Of a stretch of 64,000 bases of DNA, positions 8,981-16,915 are shown piece by piece. The notes beneath the pieces were generated by a model, which saw only the letters and a program-made list of their open reading frames with translations, was not told the DNA's origin and did not search any database. Every line of letters begins with the position of its first letter. Position 1 is the stretch's first letter. The stretch comes from Bacteroidales bacterium (GTDB lineage: Bacteria > Bacteroidota > Bacteroidia > Bacteroidales > VadinHA17). The DNA lies in the NCBI GenBank assembly GCA_017882305.1, contig JADGPU010000002.1, positions 1,022-65,021 on the forward strand, in the 5' to 3' direction. The position numbers and the translations under genes are program-made.

Positions 8981-10888
8981 ATGTCGGACAATACACCTTT
9001 CGAACCTCTGTCCAACGGAGAAGTTTACCATCCTTCATCAGACTTTATAGCCAAAGCTAATGTGCCGGCATGGGATGCAAAAACCAATCAGGCAGAGCAG
9101 GATCTGACTGGTTTCTGGGCTGCAAGAGCCCTTGAACTTGAATGGTATCAACCATGGAGCAAAGTACTCGATGAGAGTGACAAACCTTTCTACAAGTGGT
9201 TTGTGGGAGGCAAAGTGAACATTGTCCATAATTGTCTCGACCGCTATGTAAAAACATGGCGCCGGAATAAACTGGCTCTTATATGGGAAGGAGAACCCGG
9301 AGACCAGCGTTCCTTCTCATACCATGCTCTGAACCGTGAGGTATCCAAATTTGCAAGTGTCATCAAGGCCATGGGGATAACAAAAGGTGACCGTGTGACT
9401 ATATATCTGCCGCGTATTCCGGAGATTGTTATTGCAATGCTGGCCTGTGCCAAAATCGGCGCTATACATTCAGTAGTATATGGCGGCTTCTCAGTCGAAT
9501 CTTTGCATGGACGTATTCTTGACTCTCACTCTAAGATTGCAATTACTGCCGATGGCGGATGGATGAACGGCAAGATTATTAAGCTCAAAGATATGATGGA
9601 TGAGGCGCTTCAGCGATCGCCGAGTGTGGAGCACGTAATTGTAATTAAGCGAACCGGGCAGGAGGTGATGATGGAACCGGAACGGGATTTGTGGTATCAC
9701 GACCTGATGTCCCTTCCTATTGCCAGTCCAAAATGTGAGACTGAAGTGATGGATGCAGAAGATCCATTGTATATTCTTTATACATCAGGTACTACCGGCA
9801 AACCCAAGGCAGTTCTGCACACACATGGCGGTTATATGGTTGGAATTTATGCCACTCTCAAGGATGTTTTTGACCTGAAGGATGAAGACAGATGGTGGTG
9901 CACGGCTGATCCAGGATGGGTCACCGGCCATTCTTACCTGGTTTATGGTCCTTTGCTGAATGGTGCTACATCATTTATGTATGAGGGTGCACCAACATTT
10001 CCTTACCCAAACCGCTGGTGGCTGATGATTGAAAAATACGATCTGACAATTCTTTATACGGCACCCACAGCCGTTCGCGGTTTGATGCGCTTCGGTGAAG
10101 CCTGGCCCAACAGGCATGACCTTACCTCTTTGCGTCTGCTCGGCTCGGTAGGGGAACCTATCAACCCTGAGGCATGGAAATGGTATCATCGTGTCATTGG
10201 AAAAGGGAACTGCCCTATCATGGATACATGGTGGCAGACTGAAACCGGAATGTTTATTATTACGCCAACACCCGTTTTGCCATTGAAACCGGGTTCAGCC
10301 ACACGTCCCTACTTTGGGGTTGATGCTGAAATTGTAGATGCTAATGGAGAGACTGTACCAGCCGGAGAAGAAGGATTCCTGGTTCTTAATAAACCCTGGC
10401 CGGCAATGATCCGCACCATTTATGGAGATCCTGACCGATATATCAATCAGTACTGGAGTACATACCCTGACAAATATTTGACCGGTGATTCGGCAAGGCG
10501 CGACAAGGATGGATATTTCTGGATTATCGGGCGTGTTGATGATGTAATCAAAGTTTCAGGTTACCGGTTAGGTTCCGCCGAGATCGAATCTGCCCTTATA
10601 AGCCACCCTGCTGTAGCCGAGGCGGCGGCGATCGGCCTGCCACATGAAGTGAAAGGAAATTCTATTCACACTTATGTCATCTTACGTACCGGCTTTGATC
10701 CCTCAGATTCATTAAAGGAGGAACTTCGTAACCATATCGGTCATGAAATCGGTCCGATTGCAAAACCTGAGTCAATTACATTTGTGGACAAACTGCCCAA
10801 AACCCGGTCGGGAAAAATTATGCGGCGACTTCTTAAAGCACGTGCGCAAGGACTACCCGATGGAGATATTACTACATTAGAGGATTAA
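8981..10888 (+). CDS. acs: acetyl-CoA synthetase (acetate--CoA ligase, AMP-forming)
   Basis: 635-aa ORF with AMP-binding motifs YTSGTTGKPKAV and GDSARRDKDGYFWIIGRVDDVIKVSGYRLG, and a C-terminal PKTRSGKIMRR. Length and N-terminus are typical of Acs. Confidence 0.95.
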   Translation: MSDNTPFEPLSNGEVYHPSSDFIAKANVPAWDAKTNQAEQDLTGFWAARALELEWYQPWSKVLDESDKPFYKWFVGGKVNIVHNCLDRYVKTWRRNKLALIWEGEPGDQRSFSYHALNREVSKFASVIKAMGITKGDRVTIYLPRIPEIVIAMLACAKIGAIHSVVYGGFSVESLHGRILDSHSKIAITADGGWMNGKIIKLKDMMDEALQRSPSVEHVIVIKRTGQEVMMEPERDLWYHDLMSLPIASPKCETEVMDAEDPLYILYTSGTTGKPKAVLHTHGGYMVGIYATLKDVFDLKDEDRWWCTADPGWVTGHSYLVYGPLLNGATSFMYEGAPTFPYPNRWWLMIEKYDLTILYTAPTAVRGLMRFGEAWPNRHDLTSLRLLGSVGEPINPEAWKWYHRVIGKGNCPIMDTWWQTETGMFIITPTPVLPLKPGSATRPYFGVDAEIVDANGETVPAGEEGFLVLNKPWPAMIRTIYGDPDRYINQYWSTYPDKYLTGDSARRDKDGYFWIIGRVDDVIKVSGYRLGSAEIESALISHPAVAEAAAIGLPHEVKGNSIHTYVILRTGFDPSDSLKEELRNHIGHEIGPIAKPESITFVDKLPKTRSGKIMRRLLKARAQGLPDGDITTLED

Positions 10889-10939
10889 TGTACAGTAAGG
10901 CAAATTTGCTTATTTTGTATGTAATTTAACCTTATTAAA

Positions 10940-11677
10940 ATGAGAAATAATATCCTTCCCCGTCTTTTTGTTTTTTGTCTTATTCTGGGAGCAAAAAATA
11001 TTAATACCGGATTACTTGCGGCAAATTCGGGCCATGATTCAGTTACAATTAAAAAATGTAAGGATTTTAAGATAACCGGCGATGGAGTTTCAGACCCCTG
11101 GAAGAGCACAAATTGGATAGCCCTTCTTCAGCAGAATACCAGTACTTTGTCATACAAAACTAAAGTTAAAGTCCTCTACTCTGAAACAGGTATATATTTT
11201 CTCTTCAACTGTGAAGATAAAAAGCTTACATCGTCAATGAAAGCGGATAATTTGAATTTATGGGAAGAAGATGTTGTTGAGGTTTTTCTGTGGACCGATG
11301 AAAATTTCCCGGTTTATTTCGAGTATGAACTTTCTCCGTTTAATTTTGAATTGCCCATTATGGTCCCTAATAATAAAGGGAATTTTTTAGGCTGGCTTCC
11401 CTGGCATTACGAAGGTGATAGAAGAACTCAACATGCCACTAGCGTTACCGGAGGTAAGATGGAAAGCGGAAGTATTATATCAGGCTGGATCGCTGAGTTT
11501 TTTATCCCTTATAAATTGCTTACCCCCTTAAGCCATGTACCCCCTGTAACCGGAACAAGATGGAGGGTAAACATGTATCGTATTGATTATGACAATGGTG
11601 AGGTACCTTATGCCTGGCAAAAGACAAGCCAGACATTTCATGAGTATAACAAATTTGGCACATTTATTTTTGATTAG
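10940..11677 (+). CDS. carbohydrate-binding family 9-like (DOMON-like) secreted protein
   Basis: 245-aa ORF with a signal peptide. Blocks WEEDVVEVFLW...YFEYELSP and TRWRVNMYRIDYD match the CBM9-like family pattern as I remember it. Confidence 0.65.
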   Translation: MRNNILPRLFVFCLILGAKNINTGLLAANSGHDSVTIKKCKDFKITGDGVSDPWKSTNWIALLQQNTSTLSYKTKVKVLYSETGIYFLFNCEDKKLTSSMKADNLNLWEEDVVEVFLWTDENFPVYFEYELSPFNFELPIMVPNNKGNFLGWLPWHYEGDRRTQHATSVTGGKMESGSIISGWIAEFFIPYKLLTPLSHVPPVTGTRWRVNMYRIDYDNGEVPYAWQKTSQTFHEYNKFGTFIFD

Positions 11678-11701
11678 AATAAGGCGAAATGATTATTGAG
11701 C

Positions 11702-11734
11702 ACAAACAATAGTTTCCCTTGTTTGTTTTATTTT
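11702..11734 (+). terminator. possible rho-independent terminator after the CBM9-like gene
   Basis: The hairpin acaaacaa-tagtttccc-ttgtttgt is followed by tttatttt, ~25 nt after the stop. The stem is AT-rich, so the call is weak. Confidence 0.35.
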
Positions 11735-11822
11735 CAAGCGACATTTAATAAAGAGCAGAATAAAATAAAATTGCTTTAAGGTGAACTAAAGTTTATTTTT
11801 GTATTAAATAAATAGTGAGATA

Positions 11823-12092
11823 ATGACACAAAGTGAGAAATCAAACCATGAATCGTTTAAAGTCTCCGGCGATGAGATATTATCTAAGGTTAAAGAGATA
11901 ATTAAAGAGGGAAATGCCAGAAGAATAATTATAAAAAACGAAAAAGACGAGACCATAATTGAATTCCCCCTGACAATTGGGGCCATCGGAGTCGTTTTAG
12001 CTCCTATTTTTGCAGCCGTCGGTACATTAACTGCACTGGCAACACATTGCACGATTATAGTTGAAAAAAGAAATAATGAAGAGGAAAAATGA
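11823..12092 (+). CDS. DUF4342 domain protein
   Basis: The 89-aa ORF has FKVSGDEILSKVKEIIKEGNARRIIIKNEKDETIIEFPLTIGAIGVVLAP, the typical DUF4342 pattern. Confidence 0.65.
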   Translation: MTQSEKSNHESFKVSGDEILSKVKEIIKEGNARRIIIKNEKDETIIEFPLTIGAIGVVLAPIFAAVGTLTALATHCTIIVEKRNNEEEK

Positions 12093-12122
12093 TTTTAAAG
12101 TTTTAATCGAATAATATGTGGA

Positions 12123-12347
12123 ATGATGAAAACAAGTAAAGCAAAAACAGTCAGCAAACCAAAGAAAACTTCTGATGCAGGTATAACTTTAAAGAAAAAG
12201 AAAGTTACGACCGGCAAAAATGTACCGGGTGAAGAAGAAATCCGTGAGAAAGCAAGAGAAATCTACTACGAGCGTATCGCCCGTGGCGAACATGGAACTC
12301 CCGAAAGCGACTGGCGTGAAGCAGAGGAACTTTTAAGAGGTTCCTGA
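12123..12347 (+). CDS. DUF2934 domain protein
   Basis: The 74-aa ORF has a Lys-rich N-terminus. It then reads EIREKAREIYYERIARGEHGTPESDWREAEELL, the DUF2934 signature. Confidence 0.65.
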   Translation: MMKTSKAKTVSKPKKTSDAGITLKKKKVTTGKNVPGEEEIREKAREIYYERIARGEHGTPESDWREAEELLRGS

Positions 12348-12546
12348 AGTTTTAGATTTTAAAGCTATAGTCGGGAACCTGATCTAATTGAAAAAAAAGG
12401 TAGAATTGTAAGTGAATCCATTTTCACGTAACCACCAGCGAAAAGCTTTGGCGATCTTTCTTTTTTTTAATAAGAAAACGCCGTGCTCGATTGATATGAT
12501 CCTGTAAACAGCTTTCATAGCTATATTTCTTCTGCTTTATTCTTTA

Positions 12547-13113
12547 TCACTTCAGATCGTAATATCTGAATTTCTTAAGATAATCATATATAGATGTCCC
12601 AAGAATATCCTCCTTGTTTATCCTTCCATTTGAATTCAGGAATTTCTCTAAAGAGCCTGCACCACCAAGATGAGATGCAGCTATCATTCCTGATTTCGTA
12701 ATTACGACACCATTGATAGAATCCCCGATAAAATGTTCATAATCCTCCAGAATCAGAAGATTTACCCTGATAAGAGTCTTTAGAACTTCTATCTGCAATT
12801 CCCTTGGAAAAACTTCGGGATTTGTCTTAAACTTCTTTAAAGTTATTTTTTTGTGTCCGAGATACTTCAGGGTAGATTCATCAAACTGCCATTCACCAAA
12901 ACAACCTATCCGGTTAACACATAGCCAGTTGTTTCCTGACTCGCTGTAACCAAGGTCATTAATAAATCTGGATAATTCCGTTTCATGGTATCTCTCTTCA
13001 ACAAACTCTGAAAATGATTTGAATCTAATCATCCCCAGTCGAAAATCAATATTCGGAGCGCTACAGATATGAGAGATAAAAATAAGCAGGAATGTCAGAA
13101 AAACTTTTCTCAT
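12547..13113 (-). CDS. small secreted protein, lysozyme / lytic-transglycosylase-like (tentative)
   Basis: 188-aa ORF with a signal peptide (MRKVFLTFLLIFISHICSA). YSESGNN ... GCFGEWQF ... AASHLGGAG resembles the E-S / G-x-x-Q / AYNxG spacing of SLT-type muramidases. The match is weak and motif-only. Confidence 0.45.
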   Translation of the reverse strand: MRKVFLTFLLIFISHICSAPNIDFRLGMIRFKSFSEFVEERYHETELSRFINDLGYSESGNNWLCVNRIGCFGEWQFDESTLKYLGHKKITLKKFKTNPEVFPRELQIEVLKTLIRVNLLILEDYEHFIGDSINGVVITKSGMIAASHLGGAGSLEKFLNSNGRINKEDILGTSIYDYLKKFRYYDLK

Positions 13114-13877
13114 GAATAAATAGATTAAGAAATATATTCCTCCAATTCAAATGTTTAATTATCACTTCAAAGTTAGACCTTATATGTACTGAAGTCAATC
13201 ATCGGAAGTCATGATTGAGGTTAAATGAGCCATGATTATTTCTGTTTCATCACAGAAAACCAGACGGTTAGCTATGAGATTTAACGATTAATAAACAGAT
13301 TGAGCCGGTTAGTCAAAATGGAAGGAAAATTTACTAATAATATGGGGATAATGAGATTATTCAGATATACTCGTAAAACATAATACAAAGATAATAAGAG
13401 TAATATAAAAACTTAACCATCTTAGTTTTAAGATTATTTCTAAATATGGAATTTTGACTAAATATCAATTTATTTAGATGAAAAATCAGACGCCTTTCCT
13501 AGATCACATTGATTCCATTGGAATTTTTCATTTCAAAATAAATAACTCGAGGTCGACAAGATGATTTTGTTCAGGTCGGGCAGGTGGTCTGTTACCTCAT
13601 TGAGACAATATATTAAAATCTTAAGCATTTGTTTTACAGTATATTCTCTTTTCCCTCATTTAACAATCGGACAACTTGCCGGACGGGTAAAAGAAGGATC
13701 ATCATTAATTGTATTATCCGGATTAATTGATGCAAATGGTGAAAGGAGCCTTCGTATTCCCGATTCAGGAACGCAGTTTTTCACTGCCACGATATACATC
13801 CCCCCGACAGGGGAAACAACCAAACATGAATGAAGTAAATTTATTAATCTGACATTAACCAAGCTGAAACAATTCAG

Positions 13878-14327
13878 TTAACCAGGCTGGCTCGGTGAAC
13901 ACTCTTTCAGGAATTGTTTTATCCTGCTCCAATAATTGGTTGTAAGATGTCCTGATCCATTCCATCTTCTGGCTATAAGTTCTAAATTATAAGGACCAAC
14001 CTGATCAGCGTAGTATAAAAAAATCTTTTCTGAAATATCATAGTTAAACAGGTCTTTCCTGCTATAGCTGCTTCCTGTTCGTTTATTAAAATCAATAAGT
14101 CTGATAGGACGGATCTGAAAAATTCCGGCTGCTTTTTCGATAGGATTGTAAGCCAGGGTATCACCTTTTGTTTCTACCATTCCTACGGCGAAAGCAATCT
14201 GCTTATATGGTTCTATTGGGGCAAACTCAAAAATAGTTACTAATTTCATACTGGGTGCCGAAACCTGAAGTGAAAAGGATAACAACATGAAGCAGACAAT
14301 TTTTATCCTTTTCAGATTAATGTACAT
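13878..14327 (-). CDS. small secreted lytic transglycosylase (SLT-domain)-like protein
   Basis: The ORF track gives 13878-14360. The internal Met (MYINLKRIKIVCFMLLSFSLQVSA) gives a signal peptide. VGMVETKGDTLAYNP...AAGIFQIRP fits the catalytic-Glu and GxxQ blocks of SLT-like enzymes. Confidence 0.55.
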   Translation of the reverse strand: MYINLKRIKIVCFMLLSFSLQVSAPSMKLVTIFEFAPIEPYKQIAFAVGMVETKGDTLAYNPIEKAAGIFQIRPIRLIDFNKRTGSSYSRKDLFNYDISEKIFLYYADQVGPYNLELIARRWNGSGHLTTNYWSRIKQFLKECSPSQPG

Positions 14328-14416
14328 CGCAAAACGCTGAATTATTTGTGTAAAATGCAAACCGGATTATTCTAATTGTTTTATTACGATTTAATGACAA
14401 ACCATGCCTTAGACAA

Positions 14417-14441
14417 ATTTACAACATAACTTGTTGTAAAT
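14417..14441. repeat. perfect 10-bp inverted repeat (atttacaaca-taact-tgttgtaaat)
   Basis: Read directly from the sequence. It lies in the spacer upstream of the SLT-like gene and downstream of the orphan ORF 14634-15197. Confidence 0.6.
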
Positions 14442-14633
14442 AAATGAAATTCGTCTTCTTTTATAAACAAACTTTCAACCATTCCAAATTAGCCTTTGAG
14501 AAGGATCTGCCTTACTTTTTATCCTTTAATTCTTGCTGATCACAAGTACACTTGTTTTTAACAGATCGCAGACAGTAATAAAATTCTCTGTAAATTATCG
14601 GATACATATAATTTGATGAAACCATATGAAGAG

Positions 14634-15197
14634 TTATACAGCTGTTCTGTAATTTTGTGTTCTGAAATATGTTAACCCATTAATTTCTGTCATGTCAATT
14701 ATTTTGAATCCGTGAGACTCAAGAAGTCTTGAGAAATCCCTGCTATCTATATCAACATCGATCTTTGAATCCAAAATATTAATGAACTTTTTGTACAACC
14801 TTGAAATTATATTAACTTCTTTTTGAGTTTTTCTGTCGTAAAAGCATCCTATAAAATTTGTTTTCGGCGATAATCCATTGTAGAGAGTATGCAAAAAATC
14901 ATCCAAATGTTTAATAAGGTTGAGTTTCTTTAGGTTAATTAAGGTGGTCACATCTTTTAATTCTTCATAATCATAATAATAGTGAAGCTTAGAAGAGAGT
15001 ACCAGTAAATTGTCTTCATTTGCAAGACCATGCCAGTTAAGGTAATTTATAAAGTTCTCGTCAACCTCTGCAATAAGTCTGTCGGGAACTAAAATATTTT
15101 TTCTTGTTTCAGGCTGAACTTTTGTCTGTTTTAAATTTGTTCTGACTTTTCTATCGGCAGTTGTGACCGGCCTTTGTAAAATTGAAATAGCTTCCAT
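14634..15197 (-). CDS. hypothetical protein (orphan; faint methyltransferase-fold resemblance only)
   Basis: The ORF track gives 14634-15266. The start is probably at MEAISILQRP. I saw no catalytic or cofactor motif. Coding is supported mainly by ORF length inside an otherwise ORF-poor AT-rich region. Confidence 0.45.
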   Translation of the reverse strand: MEAISILQRPVTTADRKVRTNLKQTKVQPETRKNILVPDRLIAEVDENFINYLNWHGLANEDNLLVLSSKLHYYYDYEELKDVTTLINLKKLNLIKHLDDFLHTLYNGLSPKTNFIGCFYDRKTQKEVNIISRLYKKFINILDSKIDVDIDSRDFSRLLESHGFKIIDMTEINGLTYFRTQNYRTAV

Positions 15198-15752
15198 AAT
15201 TAATTGTTTGTTATCCGATGTAAATGTATTGCTTAATAAGATGCCTGTCAAGCAGCTAATGCCCAATTAATGGGGAAATGGGACTAGTCTGATTATACTT
15301 TGTCGTTAAAATCAGGATATATAATTACGGTAATAAACTGTTAACACCTTAAAATTGGAGTTTCGTCAAAAAAGGTGTGCCTTTTATGAACCAACAGGTA
15401 AAAATCCAACTAAAAAGCAATCATTAAAAAATGAATAACAATGATATTCAGCGTGATATGCATTAAAATGCGTTAGCATATTCAAAAAAATCCAAATAAT
15501 TGAATTTTGACTAACATAATGTATAAAGTGATGAAAAATTATACCAGTCTCCACAATTGCAACTGGCATGCCTAATTCCTGGCTTATCCGGCGAAAGAAA
15601 TTGCTTTTCTGCTATCAGGATTTAGAGCTGTAATCATTTATAATAGTTATCTATCTGGAACGGATAAGTAAAAACCATATCTTTAATGTTGATATCCTTT
15701 AATTCTGATCTGGCCTAGATTAATTTATTAAGATTACTTTATTTTACAGAAT

Positions 15753-16889
15753 ATGAAAACCTTAATTCTGACTTTAATATTGACTGTCTTAACTCTGTGC
15801 AGTTTTGGACAGAAGCTTCCTTTCCCTGCCGATAAAAAAGCAACTAATGAAACTGTAATACTTTTTCAGTCTTTATATGAACTTAAGAACAAAGGCGTAA
15901 TGTATGGCCACCAGGATGACCTGATGTATGGTTATACCTGGTGGTTTGAAAAGGATCGTTCGGATACAAAAGAAACCATCGGTGATTATCCTGCTGTTGC
16001 TGGTTTTGAACTCGGGCACATTGAGCTCGGAGGTGAACGAAGTCTTGACTCAGTAAGTTTTACCCAGATTGCAGAACAAATCAAAGTGCATTATAACCGG
16101 GGAGGAGTAATTACAATTAGCTGGCATCTGAACAACCCCCTAACCATGCAACAAAAGGATGTCCTCTCCTCCTGGCCGCATGGATCAGCCTGGGATGTGA
16201 GTTCAAAAGAGGTGGTATCCTCCATACTTCCCGGTGGTAAGTATCATGAACTGTTTAACAATTGGCTGGAACGGCTGGCCACATTCTTTACAGGATTAAA
16301 AGATGACAAGGGTTTACCAATCCCATTTATTTTCAGACCGTTTCACGAACATTCAGGTTCCTTTTTCTGGTGGGGCACCAACATTTGTACCGATCAGGAG
16401 TATGCTGCCTTATGGCGCTATACAGTCAGCTTTTTGCGGGATAAAAAGAATATTCACAACATACTTTATGCTTACAATACCGATAGGGTAACCAGTCTTG
16501 ATCAATACATGAGAGGGTATCCGGGGGATGACATTATCGATATGCTTTCACTGGATATGTATGACCGTGGGGAACCGTTTGGCGGAGAACTAGACTCTGC
16601 CTTAAACTTTGTTACTAAGGAAGCCATATCGAGAAATAAACTGACGGCGTTAAGCGAAACAGGCGAAAGAAGAGGAATGAATAACTGGTGGTCTTCAGTA
16701 CTATTACCTGTTGTAAGCAAATATCCTGTTGGTTATGTATTAACCTGGAGAGATACATACAATACAAAGTTTTCAGTATCGGGAAACCCGATTCAATCTT
16801 TCCCTGAAGATTTTAAATATTTTTATAACTCTCCCAGGTCCCTGTTTTTAAAAGAGGTCAGGGAAGCGAATGTTTACAAAAGGAAGTAA
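15753..16889 (+). CDS. glycoside hydrolase family 26 (beta-mannanase-like), secreted
   Basis: 378-aa ORF with a signal peptide. The GH26 signature FRPFHEHSGSFFWWG carries the acid/base Glu, and ALSETG carries the nucleophile Glu. Confidence 0.85.
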   Translation: MKTLILTLILTVLTLCSFGQKLPFPADKKATNETVILFQSLYELKNKGVMYGHQDDLMYGYTWWFEKDRSDTKETIGDYPAVAGFELGHIELGGERSLDSVSFTQIAEQIKVHYNRGGVITISWHLNNPLTMQQKDVLSSWPHGSAWDVSSKEVVSSILPGGKYHELFNNWLERLATFFTGLKDDKGLPIPFIFRPFHEHSGSFFWWGTNICTDQEYAALWRYTVSFLRDKKNIHNILYAYNTDRVTSLDQYMRGYPGDDIIDMLSLDMYDRGEPFGGELDSALNFVTKEAISRNKLTALSETGERRGMNNWWSSVLLPVVSKYPVGYVLTWRDTYNTKFSVSGNPIQSFPEDFKYFYNSPRSLFLKEVREANVYKRK

Positions 16890-16915
16890 AAACAAATTTA
16901 TACCGGTTTCAGGGA

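Noticed and set aside
11804-12052. 82-aa minus-strand ORF opposite the DUF4342 gene.
   Set aside because: The plus-strand ORF matches a known family pattern, and the antisense ORF is merely hydrophobic noise.
13546-13557. Adjacent XhoI and SalI sites (ctcgaggtcgac), reminiscent of a cloning-vector polylinker.
   Set aside because: The flanking sequence does not continue as any polylinker I know and matches the local AT-rich context, so I treat it as coincidence.
13561-13862. 90-aa (+) and 68-aa (-) ORFs in the 760-nt spacer of the AT-rich island.
   Set aside because: The two ORFs overlap each other, have no motifs or export signals, and have odd composition. I treat the spacer as non-coding but flag the island as a whole.
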